A DNA stretch of 64,000 nucleotides from Eledone cirrhosa (lineage: Eukaryota), in the NCBI GenBank assembly GCA_964016885.1, contig OZ024745.1:38254001-38318000 (forward strand). Direction: 5' to 3'. The translations under genes and the position numbers were made by a program. Position 1 is the stretch's first letter; every line of letters starts with the position of its first letter. The notes beneath the pieces are model-generated. The model searched no databases. It was not told where the DNA came from and saw only the letters and a program-made list of their open reading frames with translations. Positions 41,574-58,035 of this stretch are shown piece after piece.

Positions 41574-44500
41574 TATATATATTTAAATAGTGCATATACT
41601 TTCCTATAAATAAATGTCTCAATAAGTGTGAACATGTCTGTATTATATACACAATACGGTGTGGCTTACATGTAACTCACGATACGATCATCCATGTTTC
41701 TATTTTAAATTCTATAGCCATTTTATCCCTTTGATATATTTACCACACTAATCGCCAAAAGCCTGGAGGGAATTGTGCGCAACCAGATTCATTTTTCTTT
41801 GATACTCAAAGCATCAATACGCCATGTTACTTGAAAATCATACTTGTACACAATCTGGTTACGTAAACCTTTCACTGTTTTCTATTTTCTGTCTTGACTA
41901 TATAACCTCAGTAGTGAAGATTCCCTTACTTAGCGTTTCGTAGACATCAGAAATTAAATTTAAATAACTATCTCAGCGGGGAGAACACACTGACTCTGAG
42001 GTGATCGCAATTACTGACATTTGACTGGCTTGCTCCTTACACTAGTTAAAAGCTAAATGTTACTTAATATAAGAAAAGTAAAACAAAAGATGCACTATTT
42101 TTAAGCCTGGCACGATAAACTCGAAAGGATAATTTAGTTATGAAGTGAGCAAAGCATTCAACATTTTAAAATACCGGAAAACAAACAAAGAAACGAAACC
42201 AACAAAAAAAGCACTCAATTTCTTTCTTCACCTTATATTTTAAGGCCACATTCAATTACCTATAATAGCTATGAGCGATTTTACGTTATTTTTTTCAATT
42301 TCAAAATAATTGATTTTGTTATGTGGTTGCCAAAATACGTATTGTATTTAGAAAAAAAAAAAACATTTAAACTTTTATGCAATTTTTCTTCAAAAACAAT
42401 GTCTGCCGAGTTTCGTTTGGTAAAACAAGGAAATGGGACATTCTAGTGTTGTTGAAATAGTTGTGCTGTATTGGAATTATATAATAAGATGTAGTAACCT
42501 AAGACGGGGGAAAATGTCGACCACACCAATAGGAATAAACACTGGCAAGAGATTATTCATAAAGGTTTCGTTATTTCTCTCTTACACATGCCCTCACTAA
42601 TTCAAACATATTTCAACATACATAACTAGATTCCCAAGCCGTTTAACAAAAGAATCAACACTACGGGGTTTTGTAGCAAAGTGCAGATGTAAATCATGTA
42701 CAATACTTTTAATATACATATATGTTGGCAGACTGTAACAAAAAAAAAATGTATATTTGATTGAATAACCGAATCTACCAACTATTCATTCATCTTCCAT
42801 GTTTTTTATGAAAAACATAAACAAACTATTACTAGTATATAATCATATGTATGCTACAAGGTTGACAGCCATGATTTATTAAGAAAACCAACAGCATAGT
42901 GTGGTACTGAATAAACATTGAATTTCTATAGTTGAAAGTTGAGATAAACAAACCGCAAATCCGCCACATGAGGAAACGTATGAGGAACATTTAAATTTAT
43001 TCATCAGTTCATATCTCAAATCTTCATATTCTTGTCTACGTTAGTGATACACTAAAACGTTCTTGTTTTCACTTTCACAATAATTCTATTTTGGTACTGG
43101 TTGGCAATCTTATTATTTCCGGAAATATAAAACATTGAAAGTTTATTTATTTCGTATTCAAATAATTGTTTCTACTTTAGGCACAAGGCCAGCAATTACC
43201 CAGTGCATTACTGGTACTTTATTTCGTATTCAAATAATGATATCTGCCGAATTTCTCTTAGTATAATGCAATGGAACATGGTGCTATTATACTAGAAATC
43301 GAGTTTGGGATTTGTATAAGTCGATGTAACTCAGGGAGTAGGCAAAATCTAAGTTGTGAGTTGTAAGCACAACATAGATAACGCCTAACCAGGCAGGTGG
43401 TACAAGAGTGCATTTATAAACAAACGGTAAATAGTAAACACAAAATGTTCCGAAATGTAATTGATTATTTTTCATCGTTTAAGCCGGAACATTTTGTCGT
43501 GAAGTAAATAGGTAAGTCATGTGACTGACTTAATGCTCTATTTAATATTCTAACGCGAAGACTGTTCATTCTAACTTCGTGTTTCCGAAAAATGTAAACC
43601 TCAGAATATTCAATAAGAACACATCTAAAACGGCTGACTCAAACTTTCAACTGTCTTCCTGACGTTTCTGCAGAAAATATATTAAATAGCACCCATTTTA
43701 CTATATGTTATAAATGTGGAATATTTATTACATTATATCATTGAGTATTTAAAGGTGGTGAACAGGCAGCATCATGACATGTAATGGAAACATACGGCTC
43801 TATAAGTGTTGCCTCATTGTGTTGTGTCTTCAAACCCTATCGGAATCAACATTGCTTCTCATCTTTCTGAGGTCGATAAAATAATCAACTAATCCGGCTC
43901 CTCAGGTTTCTGGATCTGTGCCTATATTTGAAATGAATGGATATTTGTTAAAAACTGAGTAGATAATATTTACTTTCAATATGTTATATCCCGCCGAAAA
44001 AGCAGTCATATTCATATAGATCTCCAAATCTAGCCGTTAAATTAAATTGTCTCACAAATTTAACTTTCAAGTTTAACATTACAGAAATAACATGTTAAAA
44101 AAGGATGTTATAATCCTGGGGTACCTTACAAAATATGTGTTAATTCCAGTACTAGCTTTAAATAATAGAATAACATTCAAATCTCAGTCGTACTTTCCAG
44201 AATTATATAAATGTAATATCTTAGCATAGTATACACGAATAAATACACACATCTCGCATATATCTTTTATGTATACATATAAAAATATATTCAAAGTTGA
44301 CCGACTTTTGCTTTCAGCCTGGAGATGAATGTGTTTCATGTTATCCCTTGTTGATTACATCAAGCATTCTGGGAACAGATGTTATAATATTTTGAGATTA
44401 TGAAACAAACTACTTCTTGTTCGTTCGAAACTTAAAAGATCAAGCATGCAACTAGCCAAAAGAGTACAAAAGAGCAAATATATATAAAAATGAAAAGGAA

Positions 44501-45289
44501 ACCGGGGTTTTCTAAATCTGATTCCAAAAGGAAAGTTGTTGCCAGCGTGGATTATTAACAGCTAAAAGGGATTATGTAATTATGTACTATTACAATTATT
44601 ATTTCCAAGATCAATAAGCAGCTGTGTTTTAAACGCCTTAAGAAACTATTTAATAACACAGGGAAGAATGATTGACTCGTATGGATTCGGTTTCATAAAG
44701 TGTTAATTAAAAATGGCGATATTCAAAAGTAATGACGCGATCTTTATAAAGTTGATGGAACGAAGATGGAGTGTGACCGCATATCATGCAATGTGTTAAT
44801 AAATGAAAGAAGAAAGAAGGAAAGATAGAAAGAAAACGTGAATGTCTCTCGTTTAGTTTGAAACGTGTTGCTTCATCGATTATTAACACGTAATTTAGCA
44901 GTTGATATAGCGATGAAGTCGGTTTCCAGTCAATTGACAACATTTCGGTGAAACTTTTGAAATCGGTCAAACGAAAAGGTTCTATTTAGTATGGCTACGT
45001 AGATTAAATATCTGTAGAATAGCATGACTGTTTCACCGGGGAAAGTTATATCTCAAACTGCTTGAAACACATCTCACAGTATTGCTTTCTTAAGTGCTAT
45101 AAATTGGAAATATGGGAAATATGTGTTTTCTAGTCTAGGAAATTTGCTAAATGAATATGCTTCGTTGATGGAATCTAACAACATGGATCATATCCAATCT
45201 CTCAACTAAGTTAGCACACAGGCAAGGCCCTCTCTCATTATATTCTGTAAATTGTTCCAAAATAATGAATCAGTCCTCATTATACTTAT

Positions 45290-45470
45290 TTGGTAGTATC
45301 GGTAGCGGGTCGGACGCCATGCTTTGCAGCACAGTTACGTCTCTTTACGGACTGAGTTCGAATCCCGCAGAGGTTAATTTTGCCTTTCATCCTTACGGGG
45401 TTGATAAAATAAAGTACCAGTAATACACTGAGATAATTGCTGGCCTTGTGCCAAAAGTAGAAACAATTAT
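45290..45470 (+). mobile_element. SINE copy
   Basis: Match to the 7524 family. Confidence 0.85.
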
Positions 45471-45769
45471 ACTTATTCTCGCTCTTGCTTGTATATCTAC
45501 ACCACCCCAATCGTGGATCGATCTTGAAATTGCAAGAAAAGGCTTCAGTGATTGAGTTATTCTTCTTTGATCGAGCCATAAACAAAAATAACAAAGCGAA
45601 CGACAGACTACAATAAAGTAATATATTACTATATGTGTACGTATAAGTATATATGTATAAATACATATATAAGTTTAATGTGTGTAATGATATACGATAT
45701 GTTTTAGAATAAAAACTTTGAAAGAACTTTAGCTACGAGTGTTAAGAAGCTGAAGGATACAACCATCTG

Positions 45770-47025
<1,256 letters not shown>

Positions 47026-47029
47026 ATAT

Positions 47030-47241
47030 ATATAGTTCCTACTCGTTCCTATTATACATATAATAGGAACGAGTAGGAACCCGACGGCTGAGCTCAAGCC
47101 ATTTCGACGGCTAATTCTGGACGAAACGGCTTGAGCTTAGCCGTCGGGGTCCTACTCGTTCCTATTACCCACTCTACTACCCTAAGTATTGAGTACGTTG
47201 GTACGTTATGCTCCACCTGGTTCCATACCACATTTCCTCCG

Positions 47242-47243
<2 letters not shown>
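47030..47243 (+). mobile_element. Second hairpin-headed element with hammerhead 3' half
   Basis: Matches 13003-13195 but with a different fold-back junction. Confidence 0.7.
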
Positions 47244-47306
<63 letters not shown>

Positions 47307-47313
<7 letters not shown>

Positions 47314-47494
47314 GTGATTTTTTTTTACAAAATGAAAAATAATCGACTTATCCTACACGAGTGAAAGTATAAAGAAAAAAATATGTAATCAAAAATGCAA
47401 CTGGGGTCTTATTTAAAAAAAAATATATATATTTATTTGGATTCGCAGTTCTTCTGCTTTTCAAAAGTAGAGTTGAGATGGAGGGTCTGTGGTT
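47307..47494 (-). mobile_element. Solo PLE 3' end (U3-A8 family, stem III deleted)
   Basis: Matches 9156-9358; (TA)n flanks. Confidence 0.78.
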
Positions 47495-47509
47495 TATATA
47501 TATAAATAA

Positions 47510-47574
<65 letters not shown>

Positions 47575-47675
47575 TAGACGGCGCAAGCCGTCGGCTTCCT
47601 AAATTTCATAGCTAAAAGGCTTTCCGAATGATTATTCGTAAACATAATGCATATCATTAGATATACAAATCTCAC

Positions 47676-47795
<120 letters not shown>

Positions 47796-47832
47796 GAAAA
47801 AGAACACAAGAGCGTCCACAACATCAAACGAT

Positions 47833-47894
47833 TTTTATTGGCTAACAATGTTTCTTCCTTACGTGTAACCGTAGGATTCATCAGAGCTATAAAA
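47833..47894 (-). ncRNA. Minimal hammerhead-like fold in element ~47795-48150
   Basis: TTTTATAGCT-CTGATGA-ATCCTACG(GTTACA)CGTAAGGAA-GAAA-CATTG-TT/AGCCAATAAAA. Confidence 0.62.
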
Positions 47895-48224
47895 GGGGTT
47901 TGATTGGTGTTATGGACTCTACCAACCAAACACTCAAGAACAAAGAGTAAAGAGAGTAAAAAGCAAAAGTATGGGACGATAAGTCTAATTTTGGTGCGGG
48001 AGGGTGGGGTGTTGGTCCTTGTTTACTAGCTGCGGTCATATTCATTCCCGGGGGTCGGGTGGTTAGCTGAACCATAGATGGGGTGGCGTCGATAGTATGG
48101 TGCAGAGGGTGCGCAGAGGCTACACAAACACAAAGGGCGTAGAATACATATATACATATAGCGGAGGAGAAGGTACATGAGGTAATTAGAAATGGAAAAA
48201 GAGTAATAATAATAATCTATAATT

Positions 48225-48410
48225 AATTGTTTCTACTTTAGGCACAAGGCCAGCAATTACCCAGTGCATTACTGGTACTTTATTTTATCGACTCCGTAAG
48301 GATGAAAGGCAAAGTCAACCTCGACGGGATTTGAACTCAGACCGTAAAGGGACGTAACTATGCTGGATATCATGGCGTCCGACCCTCTACCGATACTGCC
48401 AATCCACCAG
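48225..48410 (-). mobile_element. SINE copy
   Basis: Reverse complement of the 7524 family. Confidence 0.87.
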
Positions 48411-48699
48411 TGTATAATAAGGCATGGGGAAGATTACACTATAATAAGGTATAAAGGTAATAAGAAGGTAAAATATAAAGGAGGATAAAAGTGGAAATAA
48501 TAATAAAGATAAAAAATATATATAAAGAATATATAAGGAAATATAAGCGTATATTTGGAGGGGAAAACACAATGTAAAAAAACCGATTTGTTTCAAACAA
48601 TAATAAAAATATAATAATTATGGGGGGAGAAAACAGGATAGAGAAATATGATCAAGTGTGATTCGTTGATATAAGATGATAATAGTTATGTTCAGTTTA

Positions 48700-49870
48700 T
48701 ACATCTTAGTAATAAATAATAAACAATATGTGTATCAGAGTTGCAGAACCTTCAATTCACTTACGGGTTCAAGCCACGTGGCATGGTACATTGTTTATCT
48801 GTGCGGTCATGTGCGTTTGTTTTTGACACCACAGCAGATGCACAAGTTTGTAAATTCCAATGCAGATAGAAATCAATTTTTACTCACCCGGACATTGACC
48901 GAGGATCCAATATTCCTAGTTCAATATGTGTTTGGTGTTATTTTGGTCGCACAAATCAATCAATTGGTTCAATATATGGCGTATGGTTTTCTGGTCTTCG
49001 TAATAGTGTCAGTGGTTGTATATTTGGAAGTCACAAGGATCACAGTACTCCGGTTTGGTGTGATTATCGGTCATCCAGCTATGTTGTTGGTGGTTGGATT
49101 CAAATCTATTCGCCCAAGCGTTGAACTTTGGTGTCGATAGGACATTAACGAAGCAGGATGAGATCGCATCTGTGGTACAAAACGGTACGCAAGGAAATTC
49201 TTCGTCTTCGTTTCATCCGGGTCCAGTAGTCACGTGCAAGAACCGCTACGTAGTAATTGTGGGGTTAATCGGTCAAGTCAGCAACTGACCGAAAATTCAG
49301 GCAGGCATGACAGCTTTTTTATGTGTGTGCGTGTGTCTGACACACACAGACACATATCTATATGTATTTCAACCCCAAAAACTCAAATGATTCACCCAGT
49401 GGTACTACAATCGGTCAAGACAGTAACTGGCCGACAGTTCCCTTAGGGATTCAGACAGGCATGACAGGTATATTTAGGTCAAGAGCCTCCTTATGTGTTC
49501 GTGTGTTCGATACACACAGACACATATCCACATGTATTTCAACTCAAAAAAATTCAGTAGATTCCCCTATTGATATTATATCTGTGCTGTTTGGATATGC
49601 ATGCTGTGGTGTTCTGGTCGTGCGTGTCATTCACTGTATTTTGCCACTACATTGGAATGTGATGTTATGGTCATCAATAGTCCGGCAAGCGCATTTCGCT
49701 CTAATATTGCGGAGAATGGTGTTCTGTTCCTCAGTAAACATCCACGTCAGCAGGAGGGGTGGTGGTTCTCAGTTTCAACTTCGACAATACATATGTGTTA
49801 CTCTGCATATCGTGCTCCTCTCAGGGAAGAGTATTATAGGAGGAATTCATGCCACACAGCACACATAGAG
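48700..49870 (-). mobile_element. Decayed coding-like repeat, probably an old LINE 3' region
   Basis: Higher GC than flanks; internal direct duplication 49300-49400/49455-49570; no decisive motif. Confidence 0.25.
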
Positions 49871-50182
49871 AGAATTTCTACAGAAGAGTATACATACATA
49901 TACACATACATACACACATTATACACTTACACATACACACTCATACGCATACATACATATATTCACATACATGTCACACATACACATACACACAATTTAA
50001 TACGCATGCATACAATATACATATACACACACACACATGTATATACATACATATATATACATACATATACACACAATATACATACATACAGTGCACGCAC
50101 ACATGCGTGCATGCATGCACACACGCATGCACACCCACACATATGTCTGCGTGTGCGTGCGTGCTAGAGATAAAAGGAGAAT

Positions 50183-50213
<31 letters not shown>

Positions 50214-50307
50214 AGAGCACCAACCTTGTAGGGGACTGCACCACCCTTATGGTACCTATCTATCTAGGTTACGGGTTGGGGGGGGGGGGGGGGACAGGGG
50301 GGAAAAA

Positions 50308-51332
50308 TATGCGTGAGTGTGCAGAGCAGGCCAAATCAAAGACTGTCGGATTATACCTTCTACAGTAATTGGTTTGATGCAAAGTGTTTGGAACCTTGGT
50401 ATATGGATTGTTTATCGTAATTGTCAATAACTGGAGTGTATTTATTCATGTATATATATATATATATATGTATATATATGTAAGTATGTATACGTACATA
50501 CATATATGTATACAGTCGTATAGTAGTATGTATATTCATACGTACATGCACGCATATATATGTACGTATGGGTTTAGGGAACATTTATTATAATGCTCGG
50601 TTTGTTTGTAAACAAACAGCCCGAATTATTAGCCGTACAGTGTTCGGCAATCATCGTTGCCCTATCTGTTCAACACTGACAAAGGAATGATGAACTAGTG
50701 TTTAGCTTATTAGCTGTCATCACCACCGTATACCATCTTGTCAGTTGATTGAACGTTTGAGAGTACATACTTTCCTTATGCATATTAACGGCTGAGCAGC
50801 CTAGTTTGCATATGGAGTGAGTTAGTCGGCCGGGCGTACCGAAAACGATAATTGTTAAAAATGAAATTTCATTTCTCACTCTAGGAATTGAAATTTACAT
50901 GTTGCACTTACTGATGTAGATCTGGATCATTTTATATTATATCGTGTGAATATTTACCTGGACTTTAGTTAAATACTTGAAAACCGATCCGTGATTACTA
51001 GACACGTGACCCGTTATCGTCATCCGCAGATAAACACATTATGCATAGGTCCGTATTATTCGCAAATCTGACTATGCTGAGGCCTAAGCATTCTTCACTT
51101 TTTAAAATAATGTTTTTCCTTTTTTTTGTGAAGTGAAACTTTGAGGTGCAAGCGCGGACTCAATATACTCTAAATTCTCGGGCCCCACACATGAATAAAT
51201 ACACTCCAGTTATTGACAATTACGATAAACAATCCATATACCAAGGTTCCAAACACTTTGCATCAAACCAATTACTGTAGAAGGTATAATCCGACAGTCT
51301 TTGATTTGGCCTGCTCTGCACACTCACGCATA
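50308..51332. repeat. Apparently perfect 144 bp inverted repeat (50308-50451 / 51189-51332)
   Basis: Compared by eye with no mismatch seen. Confidence 0.9.
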
Positions 51333-51863
51333 CGTATATTCAGGTATATAATTATATGTCTATAATTTATGGATGTATAACAGCTCAACAAGCGTTAATG
51401 CATCGGTTTCTACCATACAGCCTCATAACCGCACTCCAATACTAGTATATTCTCCCATTAATTCCACGTGATAACTGTCTCAGTGAACCTTTCTCTCATT
51501 CTGTCTCGTTCTATTTACTAACCCCCCCCCTCTCTCTCTCTGTATATATATATTTATATATACACCTTAATGTCTCCTTTTCTCTCACTAATCGTCTCTC
51601 TCCCTTTCTTTATATATGTATATGAAAAGAGATAGAGAGAGGTTTAATGAGAGGGTTAGTCAGGGAAAACGAGACAGTGAGGGATATATATTTATGTATA
51701 TATACATGGGGAGGTTGTGTAGATATACTCCACACACACATACGCGTACCTATTTATTTATGTCCATAATTATATAATAATTCATCATATTGCCCTGAAT
51801 ATGAATCAAACGAATCAAAAGAAGCAGTCTTCGCTCACGTGGAAATATTAATAGTGAGAATTG

Positions 51864-51894
<31 letters not shown>

Positions 51895-51930
51895 GTACAT
51901 ATATATATATGAATATATAAATATATATAT

Positions 51931-52049
<119 letters not shown>

Positions 52050-52075
52050 AGTAATAATAATCTGTTATTTTAATA

Positions 52076-52119
<44 letters not shown>

Positions 52120-55019
52120 CTATCTCTTTATATATATATAAGTATAAATATGTATTTATACATACATACATAAATACATATATATTAATTCACTTATGAA
52201 ATTATTTCATAGACACCAAGTTTAAATATTTAGATCATCATCAGTGCTGTCATAATTCCTCACCCTGACTTTCACATGAACTCTCAATAAATAACGGTAA
52301 TTCATATAAATTACTCACTGAACCATTGCAATGTCAAGGCATATTATAACTCCTCTATCGTTCCGTTTAGGAAAGTTCCAATGCATGGCTGAGATAGTTA
52401 ATGGTTTTTCCTTTTTGCACGTTTATATGATTTCACCATTAACACTTCAATGCAACACTTTGACTGATATGAAATAAAATTTTAATGATTGGAATTTATT
52501 CTCCGCCCTAACAGTGCAATATCTATGCGCTAATATAAAATATGACATGTTAGGGTTATGTGTTGTAACACAGATATATCATGTCGATAATATATTGGAA
52601 CAATAGTTGACGTGTCGCTAGTTCGTGTCATCGTTACTTCTGCGTACTTTTGTCGCTGTGTTGGTATTTTGCTTCAGGGTAATCTCGGTCTCGATGTTGT
52701 ATGATGAAAATCATTAGTCTCATCAATATTCCGTTTAAAGATGTATATATGATTATGTATGGCAATATATCCTTCCTAAATGTAGATGGGTGCTGTTTCT
52801 GATGTAAATATGCTATAAAAACAGTGTGAAGTGAGAATTGCTGAGTGGCTAATTAGCCTGCTTTGTAATCATGCGATTCAGCGATTGATCATACTACGTG
52901 GTACCTAGTCGCTGACACTCGAATCAGATCCAATAAACACCGGGGCTGCTTAATCTCAAAGTGAAGATAAGGAGGAACCACCTAAAAAAAACCAAAGCAA
53001 AAAACAAAATATCTGGTATCACACAGACACACACACACGCACAAACAACCACACACACACACACACAGAAAAGAGAGAGAACCCAGAGACCACACACAAA
53101 CAACAAACAGACAAATCCACTGCAACTCAAACACCACCTACAGTACCACCGTTAAAACCAGTATCACAACCAAGCAAATACAAGCACACAGTACCATAAC
53201 TACCAACCGCACAGGCACCGAACTTTAAGCTAACAACAGATGAACTAGTGGCACTCATAGCTCGAAACAAATACATTGAAAAAGAGTGGGAGATCTTTGC
53301 TGCCAGCACCTTCAAATTTCCGCAGACTAATGATAATGCGAAGGGCAACTGAGACATACAAATCCATAGACAGGAGGATTTTGTCGGGCGTCTGGAAGCC
53401 AGTGTATTGAACTGCATCTTGGATACAAGCTGGGATTGTGTGAGAGTGGTAGACGGAAGGAGAGTGTGAAAAAAACCTTTAATTACAATTGGCAGCAGAG
53501 CTGGTGTATTTCCAGTTCTATGAGACTTTGTGAAGTAACACCGATGACGAAAATCAAGCACAAGTAGAACGTCATTGATAATTTCCTGGCCATAACACGG
53601 CTAAACACAGATCTCAAGATTTTGGCTTAGGTGCAGGCTATGAGGTTTGCGCTTATCGTCGAGACGTTTGTGGGTTTTCTTTATATCCACGACTGATAGC
53701 TAAAATGCATTGGGCGATTGCATGCAGGACGGATTCGTCACCTTGTGTGCATCTCAGCACGTCGATTTGTTGACCCTTCTGTGCCTGTAGAGCTTGTCTC
53801 GAACTTGGATTCCTTTTATGTAATATTCCCAGGCCAAGGATCTTCAGAAATTGTCCATGATCACGGATATAAACGTCCTTCAGTAGAGCATATTGAGAGT
53901 ATTATATTCAACGCCCAGAATCGTCACGAGGCCACAAATACGTATATTATCCACTAACTCTCTATAGAAAACAAGTTTTGTATCTGTCTTCCTATCGTTT
54001 TCTTCAGAATCAGAACCGTAGCTCGGCCAGGGAGAGAAGCTGCACGAAAGCTGCCCACATCAGTTAGGCCACCATGGATTAGATGATCGTAGCAGATGGA
54101 TGTTTTGAATATCGGGACTTGTTCTTTTCACAAAGCATCCATACTATCCGGTGGCTATGGAACGAAATACAGACATTAGTATGCCACCTAAGAAATGTAT
54201 ATGTGTGCTGACCCAATTCCACATTTTAGGGACAGATTTATCTCTGATAAATCTGGGTGAATTTGAACTCAGAACGGATACCGCTGTAGAACCTAATGAC
54301 CCAACTTCTGAAAACGGGGTCCAGGCAGCAGTAGTCTACTCTGTCAATCGCTTTCGTTTAGACCATTAAGTCCTGCTGATTTGGCTTTTACATGGTGGCA
54401 CACCCCATCTGCCATCTAATCTGTTGTGATCGGCTTTACGCAACATGCTAACTCCCTTCTGAAGATTTGAGGCAGGGCGTTAAGAGGGGTGCTGAAGTCT
54501 CTGATATCCATATCACTGTTTCTCTCAAAACTTTCATGTTGACTCCACCTTTATATAACTTACGCCCATCCAAGATGCCGTTCCAAAATACCTGTAAGAT
54601 GAATGAGCCAAGTATTTCTACGAAAGTCTCTAGCCGTCTAAATAAAACCGGTATTCCAGATCATGCCGGGTCAGAAACTGGCACTATTCTGAAAGAACAT
54701 TTATCACCTTTAATGCTGTGCACTTCTAAGTCCTTCTAGGTCTAGGAAGATTGTCCATACCTCTACATCCAAACATAGTACCCTGAGGTTATTAAGCAGG
54801 GGACTCTGCTTCAATTTCGACCCAAATAATAATCTTTTATTTATAAGCGACATATAGCAGGAATTAAGCAAACGTTAAAATCGACACATGCCAATACTGT
54901 GTGGGTGTCTCTGTGTTAAAATTGTTATAACAAAATCTAAAATATAATATTTAAAATACCAAACAAAATAAATTTGTCAATAAGAGTGGAGAAAGCTCAC
55001 AAAAAGCCAATAGTAATAT

Positions 55020-55177
55020 GAAGAAGAATAGAAGAAGAAGAAGAAGAAGAAGAAGAAGAAGAAGAAGAAGAAGAAGAAGAAGAAGAAGAAGAAGAAGAAG
55101 AAGAAGAAGAAGAAGAAGAAGAAGAAGAAGAAGAAGAAGAAGAAGAAGAAAAAGAAGTAGAAGAAGAAGAAGAAGAA
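55020..55177. repeat. (GAA)n microsatellite
   Basis: Direct inspection. Confidence 0.97.
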
Positions 55178-55317
55178 ATGTCATAAGCACCCGATATTTG
55201 TGCCAACTGAATCAAATAAAATACATCTTTTAAACAAATATTTTCTATTTTATTGTAGTGGAGACACTTTTTTAGCAACTGACATTTCTTTTAACATTAA
55301 ACCTCTTGGATGCCAAC

Positions 55318-55366
<49 letters not shown>

Positions 55367-55567
55367 TCCCTAAACATGTTTAACAATTGAAACTAATGAG
55401 GTATACGTATGTTGTTTAGATCTCTATTCTGTTCTATAGCATAAAAGGTTTTTCTAATTAATTTTATCAAAGTTAGTGTAAATAACTTTGAACTTTAAAT
55501 GTATCTATTTATCGAAGCTTATGTATGTTCTTCTGGTTTTATTACTTTATGAATTTCCACTCGTAGA

Positions 55568-55686
<119 letters not shown>

Positions 55687-56099
55687 AAACATAAAGTTAA
55701 GGTAAATAGGTATGTATGTCTGTGTGTGTGGGTGTTTTCAGGTATGGATGTTATTAATATTTCAATATGTATTTGTTTATTTTTATGTGTACACGGGCAT
55801 ATGTTTCTGTCTATATATACATGTGTATATGCAGTTATTACATGCTAAATTCCTAAAATCTTTTAGATATTTTTACAATTCCGTCATTGGACTGTACTTG
55901 CAACTTCCTGGCTAGCCCTACTCTTTCTGGTTCTGTGAATTCCAGCGTCTCAAGATTTGTACTGAAGAAAAATGATCAAACGTACAAATCTGAAGGTATT
56001 GTTAGCGTATCTGCAATTCTCTTAGTAGTACGGCATAGCTGTTCTGAAGGTATTGTCAGTGTATCTGCAGTTCTCTCAGTAGTTCAGCATAGTTGTTTT

Positions 56100-56860
56100 A
56101 GCTTTCGCTAAACTTAAGCATCATATTGACATTTGCGTGTAGAACGATTTCCTCACTTTAAGCACATCTCGGACAGATCTATCTGACCGCAATCCTGTAT
56201 ATCCCTGCTTGGGATCGAGTAACATGCACTAGTCGTTGTGCGCCAAATACCAAATTGTTTGTTTGTTTTTAGCAGCGCCTCTACCACTCGAGCACCACGA
56301 ATAGATCAGTAGTTGTAGTCCAGACCCGGACCAATTTTCCGGCTTCTTTCGGATTAGCTCTCAAATGGTTGTGCTCTCCTCGATGTCGGTGATGATAGCG
56401 GTCATTAGTCAAGAAATAGCTACTACTGACGGAATTCGAGTCACATTGATTTTGACCAGTTTTGGCCACAGTAATCTAGCACCAAAATGAGCTCGTCGCT
56501 ATTCAGTGGTGTCAAGGAATGTGTCATGTCATCCTGTGGGGTAGCAAAGAAAATGGCCACAGTCCTATATTTTCTTCCAAGGAGTAATGAGTTTTTTTTT
56601 TGTGTACACATGGCATCTAAAACCTTCTGTATTCAGGACTTGGTCACCGGTTCCACCCGGCGTGTTTCTACAACAATCATACGGTATGACACCATACAAA
56701 GACGTCGGGTTTCCAAAGCGTCAGATGGATGAGTGGTGTTGTCATTATGACCATTATTTTTTACCATCAGACTGTCATCCATCATCTCGTCGTTTCTCAC
56801 CTAGACCTTTTCATCTTTGTTGTCTGCTTTGGTGAAGGAGACGTTTAGTTCTACGACCGT
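56100..56860 (-). mobile_element. Decayed L1/Tx1-related fragments
   Basis: 56205-56290 resembles 17893-17980 (ctgcttgggatcgagta..catg..gtcgt). Confidence 0.45.
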
Positions 56861-57494
56861 ATCATCGCTGCTGCTGTTGCTGCTGCTGTTGCCATCGTCA
56901 GTTACATCTATCCCCACTGTTGTTGATGGTGATGCTACTACTGGTGCTGATGTTGTTGCTGTTGCTACTGTTGTTCGTGCTATGATGGTATGTGCGTACT
57001 GCCGTTATTTATATTTATTTCTCGTTTTCGTTGCTATTGATGCTGTGGTGTTGGTGTTTGCAATAGAGTTGCTCTTTGTTTTTTTCTGATTTATTATTCT
57101 GTAGTGACAGTGGTAAAGTGAGATAATGCTTTTTCATAATTTTCCCGTACTAAGCTGCTGCTGATCACATTGCCACCGCTTGTCCTGCTATTGCTTCTGT
57201 TGTTGTTGTCGGCGATGCTGCCTCTGCTCGTGGTTGTGGTAGCACTGATAATAAGGGTGGGTGTCTCTCTTTTTAACTTTAGAGCTGCTGTCACGTGACA
57301 TCTGGCTCAAAGTTGTGGGGAGTATTCCGTCCATACTTCTTCTTACAAAGAATTTTTTTTTTCAAAAATAACGTTCAAATACCTGGTCTTCCATCCAGGT
57401 AAAGATGGGAAACTTTATGTCTTCTTAACAAAAGTTTCAACAAAATACTAATTTAAACAACTTTTGGATTCTTACGTTTTCGTCGCAAATAATA

Positions 57495-58035
57495 TTGTTT
57501 CTGCTTTAGTCACAAGGCCAGCAATTTGGAGGGGAGGGGAAAGTCAATTAGTTCGACTCCAGTACATTACTGGTCTTTTATTTAAACGGAAATAGCCGTA
57601 ACACTATGCTTCAAAGTATCTTGTCTGGCGCTCTCCCGATACTGCCAATCCAGCGTCCCAATAATAATGGTTTCTTATATAGATACAAGGCCAGCCATTT
57701 TGGGGAAGGGAAACTCGACCCCACTGCATTACTGGTACCTTATTTCATCGACTCCGTAAGGATGAAAGGCAAAGTTAACCTCTGCGGGATTTGAACTCAG
57801 ACAGCAAAGCATGGCGTCCTAATAATAATAATAATAATGGTTTATTTCTTTATTTATTTCTTTATTTATTATCTAACCCTAAACCTTAACTCAAACACTT
57901 ACCCTAACCCTAACCTTAATAATAATTGTTTCTACGCACAATTGTTTCTAGGCACAAGGCCAGCAAATACCCAGTGTATTACTGGTACTTTATTTTATCG
58001 ACCCCATAAGGATGAAAGACAATATTAACCTTGGC
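57495..58035 (-). mobile_element. Cluster of three partial SINE copies separated by (TAA)n
   Basis: Repeated caaggccagc..cattactggtac..gatgaaaggcaaag segments. Confidence 0.75.

Noticed and set aside
52930-54800. Coding-like stretch, possibly old LINE ORF1/endonuclease
   Set aside because: No motif could be read with confidence.
54951-55278. Poly-Arg/Ser/Leu ORFs
   Set aside because: Translations of the (GAA)n repeat.
57873-57916. CCCTAA-like telomeric repeats
   Set aside because: Only 2-3 degenerate units among SINE debris.
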